Part shown: one piece after another, positions 1-12,500 of the stretch
How positions within the stretch are numbered: position 1 is the first letter of the stretch
How the letters are laid out: each line of letters starts with the position of its first letter
Source of the DNA: Ranitomeya imitator
Lineage: Eukaryota
Reading direction: 5' to 3'
Assembly: GCF_032444005.1 (NCBI RefSeq)
Contig: NC_091287.1
Location: forward strand, 575,608,001-575,672,000
Length of the DNA stretch: 64,000 nt
Position numbers and translations under genes: made by a program
The notes under the pieces: model-generated
Seen by the model: the letters and a program-made list of their open reading frames with translations, nothing else
What the model was told of the DNA's origin: nothing
Database searches by the model: none

Positions 1-420
1 TCTCTGCTGTTTATGCTCTTTACTCTGCTTCTATCTTCTGTTTCTAGTTAGGAAGGAGGCAGCATATATTTAGTACATTCTTAACCCTTTATTTTGTATT
101 TCGTGGTTTGCTTTACTCACTCTGGGATCTTTCTATTTCAGCACACTTTCCCTTTTGTAGGTAATTCACACTCTGCTCTGCCCTCCGGTTCTTTAGGAGG
201 AACATGACGAGCTCGACGGCCTGTCAGGCAGCTTAGGTTCAAGTTGCCTTCGTCTAATCTGTGGTTAGGGCTATCTCAGCTCATGCAGGAACCACTAGGG
301 ACTGCGGGGTCAGGATTTCTAGTTTGTACAGGACCCGGCAGGGTCAGTTGCAGTTTTTAGTTTTTTTACCCATTTTCCCGAGTGAGTTGCTACATTATCG
401 TAACAATAATCTGAGCTCAC

Positions 421-500
421 CTCATCCGCAAAGATCAGCAGCTTCTCCTCGGCCGCCAGGTGAATGAGCTCCGAGATGTTCTCCAGGGTCAAGACATGTC
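421..500 (-). CDS. GPT: GPT-like exon (80 nt), [27 protein letters not shown]
   Basis: Acceptor cccccag|GA, donor GAG|gtgagc; class I aminotransferase ADE(V) motif. Confidence 0.93.
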
Positions 501-3500
501 CTGGGGGGACAAGAGATAATAAGAGGTGACGTATGATCCGGACCGCAGCTGTCTGATGTAGGGTAACCCCCGTGTTATAGGACCAGTCATCGTGTGTTAT
601 TATAGGACCAGTCATCGTGCTTCGAGTTATTATAGGACCAGTCATCGTGCCCTGTATTATTATAGGATCGGTCATCATGCCCTGTGTTATTATAGGACCA
701 GTCATCGTGCCCTGTATTATTATAGGACCGGTTATCATGCCCCGTGTTATTATAGGACCAGTCATCGCGCCCCGTGTTATTATAGGACCAGTCATCGTGC
801 TCCGAGTTATTATAGGACCAGTCATCGTGCCCTGTATTATTATAGGATCGGTCATCATGCCCTGTGTTATTATAGGACCCGTCATCGTGCCCCGTGTTAT
901 TATAGGACCAGTAATCGTGTCCTGAGTTATTATAGGACCGGTCATCATGCCCCGTGTTATTATAGGATCGGTCATCATGCCCCGTGTTATTATAGGATAA
1001 ATCATTGTGCCCAGTGTTATTATAAGACCGGACATTGTGCCCGTGTTATTGTAGGACTGGTCATCGAGCCCCGTGTTATTATAGGACTGTTCATTGTTTC
1101 CGTGTTATTATAGGACTGTTCATTGTTCCCCGTTGTCATGAACCAGGGTTGTTTCGTTGCTCCTGGTTCTTTTCTGGAGGGGATATATCTATATCCCACT
1201 TCCGGTTTGGAACTTGCAGCTCTCTGGCGCCCCCCTTACCCTCAGGTCAGACAGGGTACTGCACCTAGAATGATTAGTCGCCAGAAAGGCTGCCTGCTAT
1301 GTACTGGCTAATGGGCACACTACAGCGAGGGCGATATAACTACTCCCACTCAGGCAGGAACAATAATTATCAATGTCGGCCATCGCTGCCAGTTTTCCCA
1401 ACGGCTCAGGACACTTCCGCTGCCACCAGCTCCTATTTCTTAATTAATAATGGGTCAGGAGCCAACCCAATTAGTAGCATAATTACTTCAGAGGATGTGA
1501 AAGTACGTTATAGAGCAAGGAGAAACGAAGCTAGTAATTTTATATATTTTACTCCAAAAACTAGGCAGTGTTTACAAAAGTATATAAAAGATATTATAAG
1601 ATGAGACAAGTATCGTATATACAGACAATTACAAAAATAAAAGTGATTAAATATGAAAATAAACTTACAGTTGCTTATGTCCTTTCATATCATGGCTGAC
1701 CATGCGGCTGGGGGGAAGGGGAGAATATGTCCCAATGAATCAGGCAGATTTGCAGAGCCTCTCTCTCAGCTGACTTCCTGGGTGAAAAGCTCCCCCTCCT
1801 AACTCAGCTCCTAAATGTATATGCTCTGCTTGATGACCTCACTGAGTGGGCTGTGCCCTGGAATGCCCTCCCCTTCCTGGAAGTTATGTCAAGTCTTCTA
1901 TTGCTCATATCTCTTGGGGAGAATCTCATAGAAGGACGACGAACGTATTATATGACTTCTCTCAAAATTAGCTTACATATAAGTCTAAACATGGCTTGGC
2001 TATGAGCCCCGGTTAAGCAATAATGTGTTTCTCAAATTCTGACAGGTGCTGAGCTTAGAAAACGCACTGTGTGATGGCCCGGCTGATGCAGAAGCCAAAA
2101 ATGTATTTGTCCTGCTTCCAGACCTAAGCTGCAAGATTATATACCAGCTTAAGAGAACAAAGGGAATGCCCCCCGACCATATGCCTTCTGCAGACGGCTG
2201 AGTAGGCCTGCTCACAGCACACTGGTTTCACATTACAGCTTCATGCAGGGGGAGGGAGAAAGAGTGACTTAGAATTTCACCATGCTGACAGGCAGAGAGG
2301 CATAGCTGCTTGGTGCTGCTGTGGGGAAAAAAAAGAGGGGGGGTCAAATCTGCAGCGTGTGTGTGTGTGCCATGGAACCTTCTAGAACAATACTCCGAAT
2401 ATGGCATATTTATATTATACTAGATGTTGGCCCGATTCTAACGCATCGGGTATTCTAGAATATGCATGTCCCCGTAGTATATGGACAATGATGATTCCAG
2501 AATTCGCGGCAGACTGTGCCCGTCTCTGATTGGTCGAGGCAACCTTTATGACATCATCGTCGCCATGGCAACCATTATGACATCTACGTCGATACTGTGC
2601 CCGTCGCTGATTGGTCAAGGCAAATTCGCGGCAGACTGTGCCCGTCGCTGATTGGTCGAGGCAACCTTTATGACATCATTGTCGCCATGCTGTGCCCATC
2701 GCTGATTGGTCGAGGCCTGACGGCCTCGACCAATCAGAGACGCAGGATTTCCAGGACAGACAGACAGACAGAAAAACCCTTAGACAATTATATATATAGA
2801 CTAGATTGTGGCCCGATTCTAACGCATCGGGTATTCTAGAATATGCATGTCCCCATAGTATATGTAACATAGTAACATAGTTAGTAAGGCCGAAAAAAGA
2901 CATTTGTCCATCCAGTTCAGCCTATATTCCATCATAATAAATATGGACAATGATGATTCCAGAAATCGCAGCAGACTGTGCCCGTCGCTGATTGGTCGAG
3001 GCAACCTTTATGACATCATCATCGCCATGGCAACCATAATGACATCTACGTCGATACTGTGCCCGTCGCTGAATCAGAAACGTGGGATTTCTACGTCCTT
3101 TATGACATCATCGTCGCTGTGTCCGTCGCTGATTGGTCGAGGCCTGGCGGCCTCGACCAATCAGAGACGCGGGATTTCTACGTCGATACTGTGCCCGTCG
3201 CTGATTGGTCTAGGCCGCCAGGCCTCGACCAATCAGAGACGTGGGATTTCCAGGACAGACAGACAGACAGAAAGACAGACAGACAGACGGAAAAACCCTT
3301 AGACAATTATATATATAGATTATTATAGGACAAATCATTGTGCCCAGTGTTATTATAGGACCGGACATTGTGCCCGTGTTATTATAGGACTGTTCATTGT
3401 TCTCCGTGTTATTATAGGACAGGTCCTCATGCTCCATATTATTATAGGACCGGACATTGTGACCCGTGTTATTTTAGGACCGGTCATTGTGCCCTGTGTT

Positions 3501-6500
3501 ATTATAGGACTGTTCATTGTTTCTGTGCTATTATAGGACTGTTCATTGTTCCCCATGTTATTATAGGACAGAACATGGTGTCCCATGTTATTATAGGACA
3601 GGTCATCGTGCCCCGTGTTATTATAGGATGGGTCACTGTGCCCGTGTTATTATAGGATCGGTCATCATGCCCTGTGTTATTATAGGACCGGTCATTGTGC
3701 CGATATTATTATAGGACAGGTCCTCGTGCCCCGTGTTATTATAGGACCGGATATTGTGCCCTGTATTATTATAGGACCGGTCATTGTGATCCGTGTTATT
3801 ATAGGACCGGTCATCGTGCCCGATCTTATTAAAGGACCGGTGACGGCGCCCCATCTTATTATAATACCGGTGACCACGCTCAGTCTTATTATAGGACAGG
3901 TGACCACACCCTGTCTTATTATAATACCGATGACCACACCGTGTCTTATTATAGGACCAGTGACAGCGCCGTGTCTTATTATAGGACCGATGACAGCGCC
4001 CTGTCTTATTATAGGACCGGTGACAGCGCCCTGTCTTATTATAGGACCAATGACAGCGACCTGTCTTATTATAGGACCTGTGACAGCGCCCTGTCTTATT
4101 ATAGGACCAGTGACAGCGCCCTCTCTTATTATAGGACCGATGACAGCGCCCTGTCTTATTATAGGACCAGTGACAGCGCCCTGTCTTATTATAGGACCGG
4201 TGACAGCGCCCTGTCTTATTATGATACTGGTGATCACACCCTGTCTTATTATAGGACCAGTGACAGCACCGTGTTTTATTATAAGACCGGTGACAGCGCC
4301 CTGTCTTATTATAGGACCGGTGACAGCGCCCTGTCTTATTATAGGACCAGTGACAGCGCCCTGTCCTATAATAAGTGCCCTATAATAAGACAGGGTGCTG
4401 TCACCTGTCCTATAATAAGACAGGGCACTGTCACCGGTCCTATAATAAGACAGGGCGCTGTCACCGGTCCTATAATAAGACAGGGCACTGTCACCGGTCC
4501 TATGATAAGCGCTGGAGTCCTGGGTTCAAACCCCACCAAGGACAACATCTGTAAGGAGTTTGTATGTTCTCTCCGTGTTTGCGTGGGTCTCCTCCGGGTT
4601 CTCCGCTTTCCTCCCACATTCCAGAGACATACTGATAGGGAATTTAGATTGTGAGCCCCAACGGGGACAACGATGATAATGTGTGCAAACTGTAAAGCGC
4701 TGCGGAATATGTTAGCGCTATAAAAAATAAAGATTATTATTATTATAGGACTGGTGACAACACCCTGTCTTACTATAATACCGGTGACCACGCCCTGTCT
4801 TATTATAGGACCGGTGACCACGCCTTGTCTTATTATAGGACCAGTGACCACACCCTGTCTTATTATAGGACCGGTGACCACGCCCTGTCTTATTATAGGA
4901 TCGATGACCACTGTTGTGAATTCTGTGGCAGAGCTCCCTCCTGTGGTCACAAGTGGTACTTCGGCTGATTCTCTCTGTGAGCTTCCGTTGGTGGAGGAAA
5001 GTGGTACTGCGGCTTCTGAGTTTCCTTCCTCAGGTGATGTGGTGAAGTCGTTAGGTGCTGCTCTATTTAACTCCACCTAGTGCTTTGATCCTGGCCTTCA
5101 GTCAATGTTCTAGTATTGGACCTGTTTCCTCCTGGATCGTTCCTGTGGCCTGCTGCTCTGCATAGCTAAGTTCTGCTTTGCTATTTTGTTTGCTGTTTTT
5201 TTCTGTCCAGCTTGTCTATTTGTTTTTTCCTGCTTGCTGGAAGCTCTGGGACGCAGAGGGTGTACCTCCGTGCCGTTAGTTCGGTACGGAGGGTCTTTTT
5301 GCCCCCTTTGCGTGGTTTTTGTAGGGTTTTGTGTTGACCGCAAAGTTACCTTTCCTATCCTCGCTCTGTTCAGAAAGTCGGGCCTCACTTTGCTAAATCT
5401 ATTTCATCTCTACATTTGTCTTTTCATCTTAACTCACAGTCATTATATGTGGGGGCTGCCTTTTCCTTTGGGGTATTTCTCTGAGGCAAGGTAGGCTTAT
5501 TTTCTATCTTCAGGCTAGCTAGTTTCTCAGGCTGTGCCGAGTTGCATAGGGAGCGTTAGGCGCAATCCACGGCTGCCTCTAGTGTGGTTGGAGAGGATTA
5601 GGGATTGCGGTCAGCAGAGTTCCCACGTCTCAGAGCTCGTTCAATGTTTTTGGGTTATTGTCAGGTCACTGTATGTGCTCTGACCCCTATGTCCATTGTG
5701 GTACTGAATTACCTTATCATAACAGTACTGGAGGACCAAAGTACTAATGATTCTCAATAGAGGGAAAAAAGAAGTTCTGAGACCATTTTTTTTTCTTTGC
5801 ACTGTGTTTTGCCTTTTTTTTCCCCTAGACATTTGGGTGGTTCAGTACACAGGTGTAGTGATGGACATTAAAGGTCTGTCTTCACGTGTGGATCAGCTCA
5901 CGGCAAGAGTACAAAATATTCAAGACTTTGTGGTTCAGAATTCTATGTTAGAACCGAGAATTCCTATTCCTGATTTGTTGTTTGGAGATAGAACTAAATT
6001 TCTGAGTTTCAAAAATAATTGTAAACTATTTCTGGCTTTGAAACCTCGCTCCTCTGGTGACCCAGTTCAACAAGTTAGGATCATTATTTCTTTTTTACGT
6101 GGCGACCCTCAGGACTGGACATTTTCTCTTGCGTCAGGAGATCCTGCATTAAGTAATATCGATGCGTTTTTCCTGGCTCTCGGATTGCTGTACGATGAGC
6201 CTAATTCAGTGGATCAGGCAGAGAAGAATTTGCTGGCTCTGTGTCAGGGTCAGGATGAGATAGAGGTATATTGTCAGAAATTTAGAAAATGGTCCGTACT
6301 CACTCAATGGAATGAAGGTGCGCTCGCAGCTATTTTCAGAAAGGGTCTCTCTGAAGCCCTTAAGGATGTCATGGTGGGATTTCCTATGCCTGCTGGTCTG
6401 AATTAGTCTATGTCTTTGGCCATTCAGATCGGTCGACGCTTGCGTAAGCGTAAATCTGTGCACCATTTGGCGGTATTACCTGAGCTTAAACCTGAGCCTA

Positions 6501-9500
6501 TGCAGTGCGATAGGACTTTGACCAGAGTTGAACGGCAAGAACACAGACGTCTGAATGGGCTGTGTTTCTACTGTGGTGATTCCACTCATGCTATCTCTGA
6601 TTGTCCTAAGCGCACTAAGCGTTTCGCTAGGTTTGCCACCATTGGTACGGTACAGTCAAAATTTCTTCTGTCCGTTACCTTGATCTGCTCTTTGTCATCG
6701 TATTCTGTCATGGCATTTGTGGATTCAGGCGCTGCCCTGAATTTGATGGACTTGGAGTATGCTAGGCGTTGTGGGTTTTTCTTGGAGCCCTTGCAGTGTC
6801 CTATTCCATTGAGAGGAATTGATGCTACGCCTTTGGCCAAGAATAAGCCTCAGTACTGGACTCAGCTGACCATGTGCATGGCTCCTGCACATCAGGAGGT
6901 TATTCGCTTTCTGGTGTTGCATAATCTGCATGATGTGGTCGTGTTGGGGTTGCCATGGCTACAAGTCCATAATCCAGTATTAGATTGGAAATCCATGTCT
7001 GTGTCCAGCTGGGGTTGTCAGGGGGTACGTGGTGATGTCCCATTTCTGACTATTTCGTCATCCACCCCTTCTGAGGTTCCAGAGTTCTTGTCTGATTACC
7101 GGGATGTATTTGATGAGCCCAAGTCCGATACCCTACCTCCGCATAGGGATTGTGATTGTGCTATCGATTTGATTCCTGGTAGTAAATTCCCTAAAGGTCG
7201 ACTGTTTAATTTATCTGTGCCTGAGCACTCCGCTATGCGGAGTTATGTGAAGGAGTCCTTGGAGAAGGGGCATATTCGCCCGTCATCGTCGCCATTAGGA
7301 GCAGGGTTCTTTTTTGTAGCCAAGAAGGATGGTTCGCTGAGACCTTGTATAGATTACCGCCTTCTCAATAAGATCACGGTTAAATTTCAGTACCCCTTGC
7401 CGTTGTTATCTGATTTGTTTGCTCGGATTAAGGGGGCTAGTTGGTTCACCAAAATAGATCTTCGTGGTGCGTATAATCTTGTGCGTATTAAGCGAGGCGA
7501 TGAATGGAAAACTGCATTTAATACGCCCGAGGGCCATTTTGAGTATCTAGTAATGCCATTCGGACTTGCCAATGCTCCATCAGTGTTTCAGTCCTTTATG
7601 CATGACATCTTCCGAGAGTACCTGGATAAATTCCTGATTGTGTACTTGGATGACATTTTGATCTTCTCGGATGATTGGGAGTCTCATGTGAAGCAGGTCA
7701 GAACGGTGTTTCAGGTCCTGCGTGCTAATTCTTTGTTTGTGAAGGGATCAAAGTGTCTCTTTGGTGTTCAGAAGGTTTCATTTTTGGGGTTCATCTTTTC
7801 CCCTTCTACTATCGAGATGGACCCTGTTAAGGTCCAAGCCATCCATGATTGGACTCAGCTGACATCTCTGAAAAGTCTGCAAAAGTTCCTGGGCTTTGCT
7901 AATTTTTATCGTCGCTTCATCTGCAATTTTTCTAGTATTGCTAAACCATTGACCGATTTGACCAAGAAGGGTGCTGATGTGGTCAATTGGTCTTCTGCTG
8001 CTGTGGAAGCTTTTCAAGAGTTGAAGCGTCGTTTTTCTTCTGCCCCTGTGTTGTGCCAGCCAGATGTTTCGCTTCCATTCCAGGTCGAGGTTGATGCTTC
8101 TGAGATTGGAGCAGGGGCTGTTTTGTCGCAGAGAGGTTCTGATTGCTCAGTGATGAAGCCATGTGCCTTCTTTTCCAGGAAGTTTTCGCCTGCTGAGCGA
8201 AATTATGATGTGGGCAATCGAGAGTTGCTGGCCATGAAGTGGGCATTCGAGGAGTGGCGTCATTGGCTTGAAGGAGCTAAGCATCGCGTGGTGGTCTTGA
8301 CTGATCATAAGAACTTGACTTATCTCGAGTCTGCCAAACGGTTGAATCCTAGACAAGCTCGTTGGTCGCTGTTTTTTGCCCGTTTTGACTTTGTGATTTC
8401 GTACCTTCCGGGCCCTAAAAATGTGAAGGCGGATGCTCTGTCTAGGAGTTTTGTGCCCGACTCTCCGGGTTTATCTGAGCCGGCGGGTATCCTCAAAGAG
8501 GGAGTAATTGTGTCTGCCATCTCCCCTGATTTGCGGCGGGTGCTGCAAAAATTTCAGGCTAATAAACCTGATCGTTGCCCAGCGGAGAAACTGTTTGTCC
8601 CTGATAGGTGGACGAATAAAGTTATCTCTGAGGTTCATTGTTCGGTGTTGGCTGGTCATCCTGGAATCTTTGGTACCAGAGAGTTAGTGGCTAGATCCTT
8701 TTGGTGGCCTTCTCTGTCGCGGGATGTGCGTTCTTTTGTGCAGTCCTGTGGGATTTGTGCTCGGGCTAAGCCCTGCTGTTCTCGTGCCAGTGGGTTGCTT
8801 TTGCCCTTGCCGATCCCGAAGAGGCCTTGGACACATATCTCTATGGATTTTATTTCAGATCTTCCCGTCTCTCAAAAGATGTCAGTCATTTGGGTGGTCT
8901 GTGATCGCTTCTCTAAGATGGTCCATTTGGTACCCTTGTCTAAATTACCTTCCTCCTCTGATTTGGTGCCATTGTTCTTCCAGCATGTGGTTCGTTTACA
9001 TGGCATTCCAGAGAACATCGTTTCTGACAGAGGTTCCCAGTTTGTTTCGAGGTTTTGGCGAGCCTTTTGTGGTAGGATGGGCATTGACTTGTCTTTTTCC
9101 TCGGCTTTCCATCCTCAGACTAATGGCCAGACCGAACGAACCAATCAGACCTTGGAAACATATCTGAGATGCTTTGTTTCTGCTGATCAGGATGACTGGG
9201 TGTCCTTTTTGCCTTTGGCTGAGTTCGCCCTTAATAATCGGGCCAGCTCGGCTACCTTGGTTTCGCTGTTTTTCTGCAACTCTGGGTTCCATCCTCGTTT
9301 CTCTTCAGGGCAGGTTGAGTCTTCGGACTGTCCTGGTGTGGATACTGTGGTGGACAGGTTGCAGCAGATTTGGACTCATGTAGTGGACAATTTGACCTTG
9401 TCCCAGGAGAAGGCTCAACGTTTCGCTAATCGCAGACGCTGTGTGGGTCCCCGACTTCGTGTTGGGGATTTGGTTTGGTTATCTTCTCGTCATATTCCTA

Positions 9501-12500
9501 TGAAGGTTTCCTCTCCTAAGTTTAAACCTCGTTTCATTGGTCCGTATAGGATTTCTGAGGTTCTTAATCCTGTGTCTTTTCGTCTGACCCTTCCAGATTC
9601 TTTTTCCATACATAACGTATTCCATAGGTCATTGTTGCGGAGATACGTGGCACCTATGGTTCCATCTGTTGATCCTCCTGCCCCGGTTTTGGTGGAGGGG
9701 GAGTTGGAGTATATTGTGGAGAAGATTTTGGATTCTCGTGTTTCAAGACGGAAACTCCAGTATCTGGTTAAGTGGAAGGGTTATGCTCAGGAAGATAATT
9801 CCTGGGTCTTTGCCTCTGATGTCCATGCTCCCGATCTTGTTCGTGCCTTTCATATGGCTCATCCTGGTCGTCCTGGGGGCTCTGGTGAGGGTTCGGTGAC
9901 CCCTCCTCAAGGGGGGGGTACTGTTGTGAATTCTGTGGCACAGCTCCCTCCTGTGGTCACAAGTGGTACTTCGGCTGATTCTCTCTGTGAGCTTCCGTTG
10001 GTGGAGGAAAGTGGTACTGCGGCTTCTGAGTTTCCTTCCTCAGGTGATGTGGTGAAGTCGTTAGGTGCTGCTCTATTTAACTCCACCTAGTGCTTTGATC
10101 CTGGCCTCCAGTCAATGTTCTAGTATTGGACCTGTTTCCTCCTGGATCGTTCCTGTGGCCTGCTGCTCTGCATAGCTAAGTTCTGCTTTGCTATTTTGTT
10201 TGCTGTTTTTTTCTGTCCAGCTTGTCTATTTGTTTTTTTCCTGCTTGCTGGAAGCTCTGGGACGCAGAGGGTGTACCTCCGTGCCGTTAGTTCGGTACGG
10301 AGGGTCTTTTTGCCCCCTTTGCGTGGTTTTTGTAGGGTTTTGTGTTGACCGCAAAGTTACCTTTCCTATCCTCGCTCTGTTCAGAAAGTCGGGCCTCACT
10401 TTGCTAAATCTATTTCATCTCTACGTTTGTCTTTTCATCTTAACTCACAGTCATTATATGTGGGGGCTGCCTTTTCCTTTGGGGTATTTCTCTGAGGCAA
10501 GGTAGGCTTATTTTCTATCTTCAGGCTAGCTAGTTTCTCAGGCTGTGCCGAGTTGCATAGGGAGCGTTAGGCGCAATCCACGGCTGCCTCTAGTGTGGTT
10601 GGAGAGGATTAGGGATTGCGGTCAGCAGAGTTCCCACGTCTCAGAGCTCGTTCAATGTTTTTGGGTTATTGTCAGGTCACTGTATGTGCTCTGACCCCTA
10701 TGTCCATTGTGGTACTGAATTACCTTATCATAACAGACCACGCCCTGTCTTATTATAGGACCAGTGACCACGCCCTGTCTTATTGTAGGACCAGTGACCA
10801 CGCCCTGTCTTATTATAGGACCGGTGACCACGCCCTGTCTTATTATAGGACCAGTGACCACGCCCTGTCTTATTATAGGACCAGTGACCACGCCCATCTT
10901 ATTATAGGACCGGTGACCGTGCCCTGTCTTATTATAGGACCGGTGACCACGCCCTGTCTTATTATAGGACCGATGACCACGCCCTGTCTTATTATAGGAT
11001 CGGTGACCACGCCCTGTCTTATTATAGGACCGATGACCACGCCCTGTCTTATTATGACCAGTGACCATGCCCTGTCTTATTATAGGACCAGTGACCACGC
11101 CCTGTCTTATTATAGGACCAGTGACCACGCCCTGTCTTATTATAGGACCAGTAACCACGCCCTGTCTTATTATAGGACCAGTGACCACGCCCATCTTATT
11201 ATAGGACCGGTGACCGTGCCCTGTCTTATTATAGGACCGGTGACCACGCCCTGTGTTATTATAGGACCAGTGACCACGCCCTGTCTTATTATAGGACCGG
11301 TGACCACGCCCTGTCTTATTATAGGATCGGTGACCACGCCCTGTCTTATTATAGGACCAGTGACCACGCCCGTCTTATTATAGGACCATTGACCACGCCC
11401 TGTCTTATTATAGGACCAGTGACCACGCCCTGTCTTATTATAGGACCAGTGACCAAGCCCATCTTATTATAGGACCGGTGACCACGCCCTGTCTTATTAT
11501 AGGACCAGTGACCACGCCCTGTCTTATTATAGGACCGATGACCACGCCCTGTCTTATTATAGGACCAGTGACCATGCCCCATCTTATCATAGGACCAGTG
11601 ACCACGCCCTGTCTTATTATAGGACCGGTGTCCACGCCCTGTCTTATTATAGGACCAGTGACCACGCCCGTCTTATTATAGGACCAGTGACCACGCCCTG
11701 TCTTATTATAGGACCAGTGACCACGCACTGTCTTATTATAGGACCAGTGACCACGCCCATCTTATTATAGGACCGGTGACAACGCACTGTCTTATTATAG
11801 GACCAGTGACTACGCCCATCTTATTATAGGACCGGTGACCACGCCCTGTCTTATTATAGGACCAGTGACCACGCCCCATCTTATTATAGGACCGATGACC
11901 ACGCCCTGTCTTATTATAGGACCAGTGACCACGCCCCATCTTATTATAGGACCAGTGACCACGCCCGTCTTATTATGGGACCAGTGACCGTGCCCCATGT
12001 TCCTCACCTGTGGGGTTCCCCGGGTTGATGACGCAGAGCACGCGGGGGAGACATTGGTTTCTGGCTGCAGAGAGAGATTCTCGAATCCGGCTGACACTGA
12101 CGGCCCAGCCACGCGCCTCATCCAGGGAATATGGAAGCATGACTGCGCCAGACAGCACAATGGCGTCCATGTAAAGCGGATAATAGGGCACCGGGAGCAG
12201 AATCCCCGTCCTCAGCACTGCCTCACCATCCACCACCAGGGACAAGGCACTCTGCGGAAAAAAGAGCGTCAACTGATGGGAGTATTACTCCAAGCACTCA
12301 GTCTCAACCACCTCCAGAGCTGCACTCACTATTCTGCTGTTACATCGTGTCTTATCCTACAGTCACCTCCAGAGCTGCACTCACTATTCTGCTGTTACAT
12401 CGTGTCTTATCCTCCAGTCACCTCCAGAGCTGCACTCACTATTCTGCTGTTACATCGTGTCTTATCCTCCAGTCACCTCCAGAGCTGTAGTCACTATTCT

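Larger units (their letters stand above)
4912..10735 (+). mobile_element. Full-length chromodomain Ty3/Gypsy (Tf1/sushi-type) LTR retrotransposon, element 1
   Basis: LTRs 4912-5724 and 9922-10735 (TGTTGTG...CATAACA; 3 substitutions and 1 indel seen), PPT AAGGGGGGGG 9909-9918, 6-bp TSD GACCAC, gag-PR-RT-RH-IN-CHD. Confidence 0.97.

Noticed and set aside
1-420. Next GPT exon (YQDN...SKG)
   Set aside because: No matching frame found; it should lie left of the window
319-4654. Long ORFs on both strands (GPIIT/YYRT repeats)
   Set aside because: Translations of the 30-bp minisatellite; only 421-500 is a true exon
6404-6406. Programmed gag-pol read-through stop
   Set aside because: Lies before the zinc knuckle, and the paralogous element has a sense codon (GAC) in one continuous gag-PR frame
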